Virus record (IMG/VR): IMGVR_UViG_3300034198_027116
Coordinates: 1,766 to 65,765 of that record
DNA: 64,000 bases
Strand: one strand, 5' to 3'
DNA from: a virus
Taxonomy: Duplodnaviria; Caudoviricetes
Shown here: piece after piece, positions 43,580 to 53,883 of the stretch
Numbering within the stretch: position 1 is the first letter of the stretch
Layout of the letters: every line of letters begins with the position of its first letter
The notes under the pieces: model-generated
The model's database searches: none
Seen by the model: only the letters and a program-made list of their open reading frames with translations
What the model was told of the DNA's origin: nothing
Translations under genes and position numbers: made by a program

Positions 43580-45022
43580 TCATACCTCCTTGACCGCTAC
43601 TGCCTTGACCTGGCTGCCGTTCGTCACGACGGGCCGCAGCGACTGAGCAGCCACCTTGGCGAGGCGGATCACGGCCTGGCTACTAGCCCTGGAATGCGTG
43701 TGAATGATCGATACGCGCTTGCCGGTCTTGCCCGAGTAGATCTCGACGGCCGGAAACTTAGCCAGCGGGTGATCGGCGCGAATCGTACAGATCGACTCAG
43801 TGCCCTTGTAGCTCGGCTCCGCGAGCTGAAAGTCGACAACCGCTACGGTCACGTTGGGATAGGTATGCGCCTTATCCATCTTGTACTTGGTCTTCGCGGC
43901 GCTGGCCTTGAACGGGTCGGTCACGTCCGGGTACTTGATGTCGGCCTCGCGGCGGCGAAGCGTGAGCTGCGTCGACCCGCTGGCCGGGCCGATCTGGTGC
44001 GAGACGGCCTCGACCCAGAACAGCTGCGAGAAGCGCAGGTCATCGTCGTAAACGTACACTCCTAGACCCGGCTCCAGCGAGTTGATGACTGGTACCGTGA
44101 GCTGAATGCTCTCGTCTGGCTTACTGTGGTCGCGCAGGACCGTCTGCACCACCCTGCGCGTCTCGCTTGCCGAGTAGTCGCCGATGTCCGCGTACTTGTG
44201 CACCACGCCATACTTCTGCTCCGCCTGGTTCGAGACGTAGTTCTTGAGGCGAATGGCCTTGTTCTTGTGACTCTTGACCGTGAGCCTCGTGGTCAGGTCC
44301 ATGATCGACGTGCTGTGCGATCCGCTCTGGATGTTAAAGCGCGAGTCGAACGTCCAGGTGTCGTCGGGGTCGGCGCGCTGCCACAGGCAGACCTTGCCAT
44401 ACTTGGAGTGAAGGCGGAAGCGCTTTCCCGTGAGCTTCTGATTCTTCTGCAGCGCCAGCACGCAGCCGTCGTACAGCGTGAGCTCACGGGTAACGACTCG
44501 GCTGATGCGAGGTCCCGTCTCCTGAAACGGGGATCCCACCTTGAGCCCGGACTGACTGGCCAGACGGCGAATGATCTGATCCGCGCGCAGCTTCTTGAAG
44601 GCCAGGTCTGACTCGTTGAGCGACAGGTAGATCATCGGATCGTAGGCGGTGATCGCCATCGAGTCCTGCAGAGAGGTGGAGGTGTTGTCTCGCGTAAAGA
44701 CGTAGCCGCGGAACAGCTCGTTCTTGAGCGCTGGGGTATCGGACTTCATCGGAAGCGGATGGGTGCCGTCGAAGGTGTCCGCCATCACGCGAATGATGCC
44801 GCCCATCTGGATGATCGAGCGGAGCTGGTTGCCGGCCGCAGCGGTCGACAGCGTCAGCGAGACCTCCTTGGCAGGCTGCGCAAACGAGTCGGAGATGGTG
44901 ATCTCCTCGACGAACTGCGAGATGTTGTATCGATCGGCCTTGCCGCTCTTGTCGTAGCGAGGCGCGTAGTACCAGACCAGGTATCGCCCAAACTCCGAGC
45001 TGAGCGTCGTGAAGTTATCCAC
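43580..45022 (-). CDS. baseplate hub protein (XkdQ/YqbQ-like)
   Basis: LFRGYVF...ITAYDPMIYL...KYGV; synteny; GTG 45022. Confidence 0.8.
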   Translation of the reverse strand: MDNFTTLSSEFGRYLVWYYAPRYDKSGKADRYNISQFVEEITISDSFAQPAKEVSLTLSTAAAGNQLRSIIQMGGIIRVMADTFDGTHPLPMKSDTPALKNELFRGYVFTRDNTSTSLQDSMAITAYDPMIYLSLNESDLAFKKLRADQIIRRLASQSGLKVGSPFQETGPRISRVVTRELTLYDGCVLALQKNQKLTGKRFRLHSKYGKVCLWQRADPDDTWTFDSRFNIQSGSHSTSIMDLTTRLTVKSHKNKAIRLKNYVSNQAEQKYGVVHKYADIGDYSASETRRVVQTVLRDHSKPDESIQLTVPVINSLEPGLGVYVYDDDLRFSQLFWVEAVSHQIGPASGSTQLTLRRREADIKYPDVTDPFKASAAKTKYKMDKAHTYPNVTVAVVDFQLAEPSYKGTESICTIRADHPLAKFPAVEIYSGKTGKRVSIIHTHSRASSQAVIRLAKVAAQSLRPVVTNGSQVKAVAVKEV

Positions 45023-45023
45023 G

Positions 45024-45974
45024 CTAGAAGACGTTGACGTTGGCGATGTTGGGCCGACCGCCCTGCACACCACCGTAGTTGCTGACGATGACCTTCTGTC
45101 CCGGCTTGAGCTTGTCGCCCACCAGCAGAGCCTTCTTGCCGTTGGCCTTCTTGACGTCCTTGTTCTGGCTCATCAACCACTTGCCTCCCAGAGCAGCCCA
45201 GTCCTTGCCGTAGAACTGTCCGGCGATGCCGGCGAACGTCGACCCCCATGCCCCCTTGGTGGTGGTAACGGGGAAGTCGTTGGGGTGCTTCTTGCCGCCC
45301 ACCGGGTTGCGAGGAGCCTTGGACCGCGTAAAGGTCTGGCTGAAGATCGGCTGCTCGACGTACTCGGTCAGCTCTAGGTCGTAGAACAGATCGAGGGGAT
45401 GCCCGGCCTTGCGCGAGACGGAGAAGTTGGTCACGAAGCACGTCATGGACTCCAGCTTGGACTGGCTCTGGTCTATCGGAGCAGCCTCGGGCTGGACGCT
45501 GAGGTAGACGGGATCGGTGCGGTTCATGGTGTTCTCGATGAACGCTCGGCACTCCTCCGGCGTCCGCTCGAGCGCGTTCCCTCGACAGTAGTCGGGATCG
45601 AACGTGGCCGGAAAGAAGCTGGTCAGGGTGAGCGAGCGCAGCTGTACCTGACCCATCTGGGAGCGCTGGCGCCCGCCCACGACGTCGATGCCGCTGGAGG
45701 AACGCTGACGGGGTAGCGTGATCTCCTCGGGGTTGACCGGGAATACCAGGCGGCTGCTCATGTCGCTCAGGTTGAGCGTCTCGCTGAGGTGCAGGACGTA
45801 GTAAAAGGCGTAGTCGTAGCTAGCGGCTACCTGTCGACCGTTGTCGTCAACGCTGGTCAGCCCCATGCGACCGAAGTGGTTCCAGATCGAACCAGTGGTC
45901 GAGGCGCTACCGCTGTCGGTCGGGGACGGCGCGACAGGCGGCAGACCGTCGATGGTGGCAACCGTGATCGCCAT
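45024..45974 (-). CDS. tail tube initiator (XkdP-like, C-terminal LysM)
   Basis: FPVNPEEI, SFFP, Y.LEL.EY, IAGQFYG..W...N...LKPGQ. Confidence 0.82.
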   Translation of the reverse strand: MAITVATIDGLPPVAPSPTDSGSASTTGSIWNHFGRMGLTSVDDNGRQVAASYDYAFYYVLHLSETLNLSDMSSRLVFPVNPEEITLPRQRSSSGIDVVGGRQRSQMGQVQLRSLTLTSFFPATFDPDYCRGNALERTPEECRAFIENTMNRTDPVYLSVQPEAAPIDQSQSKLESMTCFVTNFSVSRKAGHPLDLFYDLELTEYVEQPIFSQTFTRSKAPRNPVGGKKHPNDFPVTTTKGAWGSTFAGIAGQFYGKDWAALGGKWLMSQNKDVKKANGKKALLVGDKLKPGQKVIVSNYGGVQGGRPNIANVNVF

Positions 45975-48900
45975 TAGCCCGGACCCTTGACGGGCTCCGC
46001 AGCCCCACCGTTACCCTGCACGGACTTGAGCTTGTCCTTAAGCGCCTGGGCGATCTGGTCGGGGCTCATGCCATTCGTGTTGATGGTCACGTAGACCGTC
46101 TGGCCGCCCGTGTACGGCGAGCCCTGCGGGAACTTGGGTACCCCGAAGGTGGTGGCGCCCGAGAGGCTGTTGGAGAACACGCCGCCCAGCGTCTTGCCGG
46201 CCATGATCGCGGCGTTGTAGGCGGCAGAATCGGTGGTCGCGAGCTTGGTGAAGCCGGCGGCCGTGCCCGCGTTCAACGCGTGCTGTACGGTACCGACCAG
46301 CGACTGCGAGTAGTGCTTGCCGACGGCCTTGCCGCTATGAGCGGCTTTCTGCAGCGTCTCCTCGGTGACCTCCAGTTGCATCGCCTGCGGAATCTGCAGC
46401 CCCTTGATGTGCTTGCCAGCTCCCTTGATCGACGCCAGGTAGGGGTCGCGCCCCTCCATCTTGCTACGAGTCTTCTTATACTCTCGCATGGCCTTGCGGT
46501 TGGATCGGGCGATCTGCTTATTAGCTAGCTCGACGGTGATACGATTGGCCTCGCCCTGGTACACCGCGGCGACCGCGGCGCTGACCTGCGGCGAGTTGAT
46601 GGCGGTGAGCACCGTGTTGAGCTGATCGTGCACCGCAGCTAGACCCTTGGTGCCGCGAACGTGCGCCAGCTTGTTCAGCAGCGGCTGCAGGTTGTTAACC
46701 GCCTTGACGGTGGCGACACCGTTCGTGCCGATGATGCCGTCGAGCGTCAGCTTGTCGCGGCCGATTATCTTACCGCTCATGTCGGTGGTGTAACCGATCT
46801 TCTGACCCGTCACTGCCTGGGCGAAGGCATAGGTGGCCTGGCTTCGGTTGCCACCAAACTGGTTGTTGCGCAGCATGCCCATGTAGTTCTTGAGGCGGCC
46901 CTTGGCGGCGTCGCTGGCCTTGCCCTGCTGCCACGAGTCGTAGCCGCCTCCAGCCATGCCGCCCAGCATCCCGCCGACGCCGCTGAGCGCCATGGCGACC
47001 GGCGCCATCTCAGGTCCTAGCGCTAGCAAGGCCATCGGAAGCGTGGCTCCGGCGATGCTGCCTACCTTCTGCCCCGTACCGCCTCCGCCCGCCAGACCCA
47101 TGGCGATGTTGGCCGCCGCCATGGCGAGCGGGCCACCGTAGGTCTTGCCGAACTTGAGCCCCTTGCCGATGCCGTAGCGCAGGCGCTGGAAGCGGTTGCC
47201 CTTGAGCATCGCCTGCTCGTCGAGCCGCATCTGAGCTCCGCCTCCGACGGGCGGTTTGGGCCCTGCGCCGCCGCCGATCATCAGCATGCCGTCGGTCTGG
47301 GTCGCTACCACCGGGCCGCGACCGGCGGGCGTGCCGCTGATCGGGAAGCCGTTGGCGTCGCGGTAGATCGGCTGGCCATGCACGCGGTAGACGCCGTCGG
47401 CGCCCTGAGTGAGCTGTGGCGTCGGTCCGCCGCGAACGACGCCCAGCGCGTCGAGGCGGCCGCCGATGGGAGGCATCGGGTAGGGCGACATGGGCATCAC
47501 GCCTGGCCCCAGCAGCAGCGGCTGGTGGCCCGCTCCGATCTGAGCCTGTGGGTTCATGGCGCGCTGACGAGCGCCGCCTCCCCCGATCCTACCGTTGACG
47601 ATGACGGTGTTGGCGTTGACGATCATCTGGCTGATGATGTCGCTGGCGGCAGCGCCGCCGATGGCCTTCTTGACCGCGGCCGCTGCCTCAGGGGCAGCGG
47701 GCGGGAAGAACATGCGGCTAAAGAGACCCTTGGCCGCACCTCCGATGCCGCCGGCGTACTGCTTTCCCATCGCTCGAATGCCGCCGCCCTTACCAAACAT
47801 GCCCTGCGGCAACATCAGCCCCAGCATGCCCAGGAGCGCGGAGGTCTGCATGTCGGCGCCGCTCAGGGCGCCCGCTCCGCCCATCAGCGCTCCCATCTGA
47901 GCGCGGTTGCGGAGGCCACCGCCCGAGAACCGGCCGGCGAGGCCGGTGAACGCGGTGAGACCGATCGCTCCGGCGGTGAGCGTCTCGCTGAGGTTGCCGC
48001 CCGTGAACAGCTTGCTCGGTCCGCCGCTGAGGAAGCCGCTGACGCCACCGGTGCCGTTCCACGACTTCTTGAGCTGGTGCAGCATGCCCGTGGCGATCTG
48101 CGCGCCCATCTTGACCGCGAAGGAGTAGACGCCCGGGGAGCTGTCGAGCGCCTTGCCCAGGCTCTTGAACGTCAGGTCGATGATCGAGCTCACGAGGTCG
48201 AGGAACGTCTGGCGACCGCCGTTGTCCCACCATCCACTGAGCGCGCCGCTGATGGCGCCGAAGGCCGACTGCACGATGGCCCCGCCGTTCATGGACGAGA
48301 ATGCGCGATACTGGTTGAACGCCTTGGCCTGCCCGGGCTGGAGCGTCTGGGCGTACTCGCTGGGCGACATGTACTTGCTGAACCCGCCACCGTAGTAACG
48401 CGAGTTAGCCTTCATGCCCTTCTGGCCGCCGGTGATCTGGTTGATGATGCTCGTGCCGGTGTTGAGCATCCCCTTGACGTACGGCATCAGCGAGATGCCC
48501 AGGCCGATCTTAAAGGTGTCGAACAGCGTCTGGAACTGCTTGATCATGCCGTCTAGCGAGTTGCCCTGCTCGTCGAACGCCGCCTTGGTAGCCTTGACCG
48601 ATCGCTCGATCAGTCCCAGCACACCGGCCTGGTCCTTGAGGGAGGTGTTGAACAGCGTGGTCGCCATGCGATAGCCGCGCTGGTCGTGAAAGAGCACGTT
48701 GAGCGCTGCGGCGGCGTCCTTGGCCGCTACCTTGTGGGCCTTCATCGCCTTGGTGATCTTGTCCATGGCGCTGCCGGGGCCGAAGATGCCCCCGGAGATG
48801 AGCGGCGCGCCGGGTGTCAGACCGAGCGCCTGGTACTCCTTCTCGGCCGCCTTCGTCGGGTTGAGCAGCTTGTCCAGCATCATGTTCATGCCGATGCTGG

Positions 48901-49813
48901 ACTTAGACGCCGTCAGGCCCTTCTGCGAGCCGATGACGATGCCGCCGAGGATCTGGTTGAGGCCCATCTGGCCCCGGCTCTTCTTGCCGGTCGGGTTGAG
49001 GGCGGTACCGATCGGTCCGATGACGTTCGAGAGGCTAGCGGCGAGGTCCGAGTAGGTGACGTTGACGCCGTAGTTGACCGCGGCGAACATGCGATCGATG
49101 ATGCGCTCCGGGCTGAGGTTTCCTCCCAGCGGAGCACCGGCTCCGGCCGAGCCGATCTTCTTGCCCTTGAGGCCCAGGGCGTTCATGATCTGGATGAGCG
49201 CGCGAGTAGAGGTCTGGACGTCGCCGCCGCCGGCCGTGGCGCCCATGGCACCGGCGCTGAGGATGTTCATCGCAGCGGAGCGGGCGCGAGGTCCGCGACC
49301 CGTGTAACCGGCCGAGATGACCTCCTTGAGGCCGCCGGTCAGGTCGGTCGGGGACTGACGCAGGCCGACCGACATCGCCAGGATGTCGCGACGATAGGCG
49401 AGGTACTCCTTCTGCGAATCCTTGCGAGCCTTCTTGAGACGAGCCGCCATGGAGCCCGCCCCTCCTCCCGCCGCTATCGAGCCCGCAATGAGCGCGGTGG
49501 ACTCTCGCAGCTTCTTATCGAAGTCGCGGAAAGACTTGATGGCGTTGACGGCAAAGCCCGAGATCGCCGCGCCGCCCATGATGGCCCAGATGCGGAGGCC
49601 AAAGAAGAACGATCGGAAGACGTTGCCGACCTGACGAGAGAAGAAGCGCATGACCCCGCTCATGGCCTTGGTCGTCATGCGCCCAAAGCCGTTCATCGCG
49701 CGAGCCGAGACGGCCGACTCGCGGGTAAGCGTTCGCATAGAGCGGTTGGCCTCGTTGAAGGCGCGCGCTCCCGAGAAGACGCCATCGATGATGAACTTTG
49801 CGCGGGGGTTCAT
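45974..49813 (-). CDS. tape measure protein
   Basis: 1279 aa, Ala/Gly-rich, TP901-type core, directly after the chaperone genes. Confidence 0.92.
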   Translation of the reverse strand: MNPRAKFIIDGVFSGARAFNEANRSMRTLTRESAVSARAMNGFGRMTTKAMSGVMRFFSRQVGNVFRSFFFGLRIWAIMGGAAISGFAVNAIKSFRDFDKKLRESTALIAGSIAAGGGAGSMAARLKKARKDSQKEYLAYRRDILAMSVGLRQSPTDLTGGLKEVISAGYTGRGPRARSAAMNILSAGAMGATAGGGDVQTSTRALIQIMNALGLKGKKIGSAGAGAPLGGNLSPERIIDRMFAAVNYGVNVTYSDLAASLSNVIGPIGTALNPTGKKSRGQMGLNQILGGIVIGSQKGLTASKSSIGMNMMLDKLLNPTKAAEKEYQALGLTPGAPLISGGIFGPGSAMDKITKAMKAHKVAAKDAAAALNVLFHDQRGYRMATTLFNTSLKDQAGVLGLIERSVKATKAAFDEQGNSLDGMIKQFQTLFDTFKIGLGISLMPYVKGMLNTGTSIINQITGGQKGMKANSRYYGGGFSKYMSPSEYAQTLQPGQAKAFNQYRAFSSMNGGAIVQSAFGAISGALSGWWDNGGRQTFLDLVSSIIDLTFKSLGKALDSSPGVYSFAVKMGAQIATGMLHQLKKSWNGTGGVSGFLSGGPSKLFTGGNLSETLTAGAIGLTAFTGLAGRFSGGGLRNRAQMGALMGGAGALSGADMQTSALLGMLGLMLPQGMFGKGGGIRAMGKQYAGGIGGAAKGLFSRMFFPPAAPEAAAAVKKAIGGAAASDIISQMIVNANTVIVNGRIGGGGARQRAMNPQAQIGAGHQPLLLGPGVMPMSPYPMPPIGGRLDALGVVRGGPTPQLTQGADGVYRVHGQPIYRDANGFPISGTPAGRGPVVATQTDGMLMIGGGAGPKPPVGGGAQMRLDEQAMLKGNRFQRLRYGIGKGLKFGKTYGGPLAMAAANIAMGLAGGGGTGQKVGSIAGATLPMALLALGPEMAPVAMALSGVGGMLGGMAGGGYDSWQQGKASDAAKGRLKNYMGMLRNNQFGGNRSQATYAFAQAVTGQKIGYTTDMSGKIIGRDKLTLDGIIGTNGVATVKAVNNLQPLLNKLAHVRGTKGLAAVHDQLNTVLTAINSPQVSAAVAAVYQGEANRITVELANKQIARSNRKAMREYKKTRSKMEGRDPYLASIKGAGKHIKGLQIPQAMQLEVTEETLQKAAHSGKAVGKHYSQSLVGTVQHALNAGTAAGFTKLATTDSAAYNAAIMAGKTLGGVFSNSLSGATTFGVPKFPQGSPYTGGQTVYVTINTNGMSPDQIAQALKDKLKSVQGNGGAAEPVKGPG

Positions 49814-49983
49814 GCTCCGCTAGCTGCCTTCTGGTTCTCTTCCTGCTCGACCAGGATCGCCGCGTAGACCAACGCGCGCTCCCCACGAGGCAGATCGAGC
49901 ACCTCGTGGGGAAAGCGACCGGTCTTCAGGAAGATCGATGCCAAGATAGCTGCTTCCGCGTGGCACCTGATCAGTCTTTTCCC
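49810..49983 (-). CDS. -1 frameshift extension of the tail assembly chaperone
   Basis: Slippery GGGAAAA (49983-49977); -1 frame reads KRLIRCH...FPHEVLDLPRGERALVYAAI...SGA* and ends on the TMP ATGA overlap. Confidence 0.8.
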   Translation of the reverse strand, partial: GKRLIRCHAEAAILASIFLKTGRFPHEVLDLPRGERALVYAAILVEQEENQKAASGA

Positions 49984-50513
49984 GTGTCCTCGAGGTCCTC
50001 GTCGAAGCCGGACAGCGTCAGGATCTTGGCTGCGAGGCCGTCGACCTCGCCCGGCAGCAGCGACAGCGCGATGATGTCGTGAGCCTGCGTGTTGGGGTAG
50101 CGCTTGGCCAGCTCGGGGCTAGCGAAGTCGGGCGAGACGGTACCCGACAGGCAGACGAGGAGGCTCATCGTCGTAGCGTCGAGGTCCCGATCCATGCGAC
50201 CCGAGCGCTTGTTGCGGGTGAAGCGCGTCGAGCGCTCCTGGATCTGGTTGTACTCGCGGCTCGTCAGTGCCTTGATCGTGAACTCGGTGTTCAGACGCGG
50301 GCAGGCCCACTTGTCGGTGACGGGGCCCACGGGTGCGTCGAGCAGCGCGCGTAGCGGGTCGATCAGCTCGGTGATGCCGAGCTTCTCGCGCACCTCGGCC
50401 ATGCCGCTGTCGCCACGGTCGGCGTCGTCGGTCTCGACCTCGTGCACCTCGTCGTCGAGGGCATCGATGGCCGCTTCGGCGAGGGAGTCCTCGGGGATGA
50501 TGTTGGTTTCCAC
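49971..50513 (-). CDS. tail assembly chaperone (XkdN-like)
   Basis: FTIKALT..E...PDF..PEL...LLPGE...I..LSGF. Confidence 0.88.
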   Translation of the reverse strand: METNIIPEDSLAEAAIDALDDEVHEVETDDADRGDSGMAEVREKLGITELIDPLRALLDAPVGPVTDKWACPRLNTEFTIKALTSREYNQIQERSTRFTRNKRSGRMDRDLDATTMSLLVCLSGTVSPDFASPELAKRYPNTQAHDIIALSLLPGEVDGLAAKILTLSGFDEDLEDTGKD

Positions 50514-50559
50514 TTGCTTGCTCTCCTGGGTTGGGGTGATCTCTCCGGGTGACTAACTA

Positions 50560-51114
50560 CTAGACGTTCGGGACGAAGACGCCGCCCGCCGAGTACGTGC
50601 CGTCGCTGCGCGTGCCGCTCGGGAGCGTGACGGCGTCGCCGCCGGTCGCGCTCTGAGCACCGTTGATGACGGAGTTCCAGACGATGTTCTGGAACGTGAA
50701 GGGGGTGTCCTCCTCGATGATCTGGTTGACGGCCCAGCCGAGGTTGATGCCCCACCACTTGCAGCGGGTGAGCGTGATGCTCTCAGACTGACCGTTCATG
50801 ATCTCGGGGTCGTTGAGCTTCATCGTGATCTGACCGACGTACTGCGGCGTGCGCTCGTTGGTCATCACGTTGGCGATGCGCTGGGCCATGAGGGACGTGA
50901 CGCGGAAGCCGCGCATCGTGCCCTCGCCGTGGACGGCCGTGTACTTGTAGCCGACCTTGCGGGACCCAGACATCATGATGTCCTGGCGATCGATCGTGAT
51001 CGATGCCGAGACCTCCTGAATGTGGCTCAGGAAGTTGTTGTTCTCGTCGTACAGCTCGCCGAACGATCCGAGGATCGTGTACTCCGGCGTCAGCTGACCG
51101 GGATTGGTTGCCAT
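50560..51114 (-). CDS. tail tube protein (XkdM-like)
   Basis: I.GSFGEL, GEGTM, KLNDP, EEDTPFTF. Confidence 0.88.
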   Translation of the reverse strand: MATNPGQLTPEYTILGSFGELYDENNNFLSHIQEVSASITIDRQDIMMSGSRKVGYKYTAVHGEGTMRGFRVTSLMAQRIANVMTNERTPQYVGQITMKLNDPEIMNGQSESITLTRCKWWGINLGWAVNQIIEEDTPFTFQNIVWNSVINGAQSATGGDAVTLPSGTRSDGTYSAGGVFVPNV

Positions 51115-51140
51115 GGTAGTGACTTGCTCGCTTTCTGGGC

Positions 51141-52613
51141 CTAGAGGACCCGGGCGGTGATGAAGACCTTCTCGATGGAGTCGATCGGGGTGAGGCCGAT
51201 CGTGACGAAGAACTCGTCGGAGTTCCCCGTCGCGCCGGGAGTGGGCTCGACCGTGAAGCCGGGCTCGATGGCCCCGGCGGCGCGGAACACGTCGAGGGCC
51301 GAGCGGATCAGGCCCATCGTGTACAGCTGACCATCCTGGTCGTTGTTGACGTAGCCGATCACCGACGAGTTGAGTGCCGTGTTGATCGTCTCGGCGACCG
51401 CATCGAGCGCGCGCACGACGCGGATCTTGCGGAAGTCGCGGCTCTTGGTCTGCGTGAACGTCGTCAGGGTGTTGATGCCCGACTCGACGACCGCGCTGCC
51501 AGCCTGAACCGTGAGGATGCAGAGGCCAGCGGCGAGGCCGGTCTTGATGTCCGCGTTGGTCAGGCGGGCCGTCACCTCCGCGGCACCCGTGGGGTGCTTG
51601 GTGATCGAGGAGTTGAAGCTACCGAGGCCGATCATGCCGGCCACGCGAGCGGCCGACTCAGCGCCGGAGAGCGAGTCGCCGGAGACCTCGTCGACGATGC
51701 CCGGGAACACCATGACCACGCCCTCGTGGTTGCCGGTGTTCGAGGAGGTCGCCTTGGACTTCATGGCGGCGAACTCGGTCGCGAGGTCGCTGCTGTTCAT
51801 CCCGGCGACCGACTGGCCGCCCATGACGGCGATGACCTTGCGGCCCTCGTTGCGCATGCGCGCCACGTAGGCGCGGACCGTCTGCTGCGTGGTGTTGCTG
51901 GTCGTGCTCGAGGGAACGAGGATGTTCCACTCCTGGGTCTCGAGGGCGGCCAGCGCGGCGACGAACTCGGAGTTCGTCACGGAGAGGCCGGAGTTGCCAC
52001 CCGTCATCGCCGTAGCGGACAGGTCGCCCAGCGAGCGGTTCGAGGAGCCGGAGATGGCGGCGGTCATGTACTGCGAAGCGTTGACCTCGCCGCTACCGTT
52101 GATCTGCGCCACCAGATCGTCGTTGTCCACGTGAGTGAACGTCTCGAGGATCTGACCGTTCTCGACGACCGTGAGATCCTTGAGATCGCTGTCGTTGGCG
52201 TTGACGCCGACGCTGACCTCGAAGCCGTTGGCGCGGATGCCCACGTACTTGGCGGTCAGAACGACCGCTGCGGCGGGGGTGAGGTCAGCGTCGTTGAGCG
52301 TGATCGACGCCGTCGCATCGGCCGAGGCCAGCGAGATGCGGTAGGCCTTGACCGTGGCCGCACCGCCGCGCAGAGCCTGGCGGCACAACAGCGGAAGCGT
52401 GCCGCCCGTGCCGAAGAGGCCCTCGACCTGCATCTCCGAGGTCAGCTCGGTGACGGAGCCGACGGAGCCCCAGTCAGAGGTACCGATGATCGCCACGACG
52501 CCGTTCGCGCCGAGCGACACGCCACCCTGGGCCTGCGAGAGAAAGTTGATGTAGACGCCCGGACGCGTGGCGGTGTTGCCCGCATCGGAAGCGCTCCAGA
52601 TACCACCAGACAT
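51141..52613 (-). CDS. tail sheath protein (XkdK-like)
   Basis: RPGVYINF, DWG, AKY.G.R.N, GINTLT, KIRVVR..D, DSIEK. Confidence 0.93.
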   Translation of the reverse strand: MSGGIWSASDAGNTATRPGVYINFLSQAQGGVSLGANGVVAIIGTSDWGSVGSVTELTSEMQVEGLFGTGGTLPLLCRQALRGGAATVKAYRISLASADATASITLNDADLTPAAAVVLTAKYVGIRANGFEVSVGVNANDSDLKDLTVVENGQILETFTHVDNDDLVAQINGSGEVNASQYMTAAISGSSNRSLGDLSATAMTGGNSGLSVTNSEFVAALAALETQEWNILVPSSTTSNTTQQTVRAYVARMRNEGRKVIAVMGGQSVAGMNSSDLATEFAAMKSKATSSNTGNHEGVVMVFPGIVDEVSGDSLSGAESAARVAGMIGLGSFNSSITKHPTGAAEVTARLTNADIKTGLAAGLCILTVQAGSAVVESGINTLTTFTQTKSRDFRKIRVVRALDAVAETINTALNSSVIGYVNNDQDGQLYTMGLIRSALDVFRAAGAIEPGFTVEPTPGATGNSDEFFVTIGLTPIDSIEKVFITARVL

Positions 52614-52632
52614 GAAAGATCAGTCTCCTGTG

Positions 52633-53013
52633 TTAGACGGGGAGTTGCAGGTAGGCGTTGATCGCCTGGTTGACCTGCGAGACGGTTGCCTTGTCCTCGA
52701 TTTCGGCGTGCGCGAGCGCGCCGACGACGACCTCCGGGTTGACGCCGAACAGACTCCGAGCAGAACCGACGAGCGAAGCGACCAGGTAGGCCTCCTCGTC
52801 GCGGGACCGCGCGGCCTGAGCGTCCTGCACTTCAGACTTGGCTTCGGGCTGGGCTTCGGGCTGGACTTCGGTCGCCAGTTCGGGCTGCTCTGGGACCTGC
52901 GAGGTGACGTCCTCGTCGGCAGCGGTCTCCTCGACCACGGCCTCCTCGGTCGTCACCTCGGACGCTTCCTTGGCCGCCTGCTGGCGGCGATTGCTGTTGG
53001 ACTTGGTGCTCAT
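52633..53013 (-). CDS. YqzN/YkzM-like protein with acidic N-terminus
   Basis: RSLFGV.PEVV.GAL...INAYL..PV; upstream of sheath as in PBSX-like modules. Confidence 0.7.
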   Translation of the reverse strand: MSTKSNSNRRQQAAKEASEVTTEEAVVEETAADEDVTSQVPEQPELATEVQPEAQPEAKSEVQDAQAARSRDEEAYLVASLVGSARSLFGVNPEVVVGALAHAEIEDKATVSQVNQAINAYLQLPV

Positions 53014-53034
53014 GAGAGAAATGCTCCTGTTGAC

Positions 53035-53883
53035 CTAGTTGATTGTAGTCGATGCCGTGACGTTCGCGAGCAAGGACTCTGGATCTCGACGATGGTAAGA
53101 ATGACACAGCGCCTTGAGCTGAACGTAGCCGTGAAAGGCGTCCTCCAGCATCATGCTCTCGGTGATGTTCATGGTAGCCTCCTGCACCTTCATGTAACCA
53201 TGTCGGATACGACAGGTAGTAGGTGGCGTGTGCCCCAGGCTCGAGAGCGAGGTGATCTCGATCTCCGTGGTGCTGTTGCCCTGCAGCGTTCCGTCTCGCA
53301 GCCAGATGCTTTGCTCCGCTACGCACGTCCAGGACTGGCCTGCGCTCTCGCGCGTGTAGACGCGGTAGGCCGAGGCAAAGGGGCTCTGCGAGGGCCAGTT
53401 GCCAGCCAACACGATCAACCGCTTGCCGCCAGGAACGTCGTAGTTTACCGGCATCGAGAGCAGGCTCTCGTCTCCGCCGCTGGTCAGAGCGGTGATCGCA
53501 AACTGACGCGTGCCGGAGGGGAACGAGCCGCCGGAGCGCAGGGTAACCGCCACCGACGGGTAGACCAGGTTGTAGAAGTAGTGCGGAATCACGCGCTCTT
53601 CCTGCAGGCGATTGGCCAGAAAGTCCAGCACCTCGCGCGTCCTCCAGTACACGTCAGAGGTCGGCGAGTTGACCGCGTTGCCCTCGGTGATCAGGTGGAT
53701 GCGCATCGTTCGCAGCACGTCGTGGTAGTTGCGGCCGCGGTCCGTGTACTGGTCGTTGATGTGCTCTAGGTAGAAGTAGGGCTTGTCCGTGCGGGCGGCG
53801 TTGCGCTGCACGTGGATGGCCGAGTCTGGGTACATGGCGTTCAGCCACGACCGCAGGGACCTGACGTCGTCGCTCGAGCTCAT
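53035..53883 (-). CDS. tail terminator/neck protein
   Basis: YPD..IH......PYFYL; synteny. Confidence 0.6.
   Translation of the reverse strand: MSSSDDVRSLRSWLNAMYPDSAIHVQRNAARTDKPYFYLEHINDQYTDRGRNYHDVLRTMRIHLITEGNAVNSPTSDVYWRTREVLDFLANRLQEERVIPHYFYNLVYPSVAVTLRSGGSFPSGTRQFAITALTSGGDESLLSMPVNYDVPGGKRLIVLAGNWPSQSPFASAYRVYTRESAGQSWTCVAEQSIWLRDGTLQGNSTTEIEITSLSSLGHTPPTTCRIRHGYMKVQEATMNITESMMLEDAFHGYVQLKALCHSYHRRDPESLLANVTASTTIN

Noticed and set aside
22700-44000. TAG stop-codon recoding
   Set aside because: Conserved genes are full length in the standard code and many end in TAG; the frequent CTAG is out of frame.
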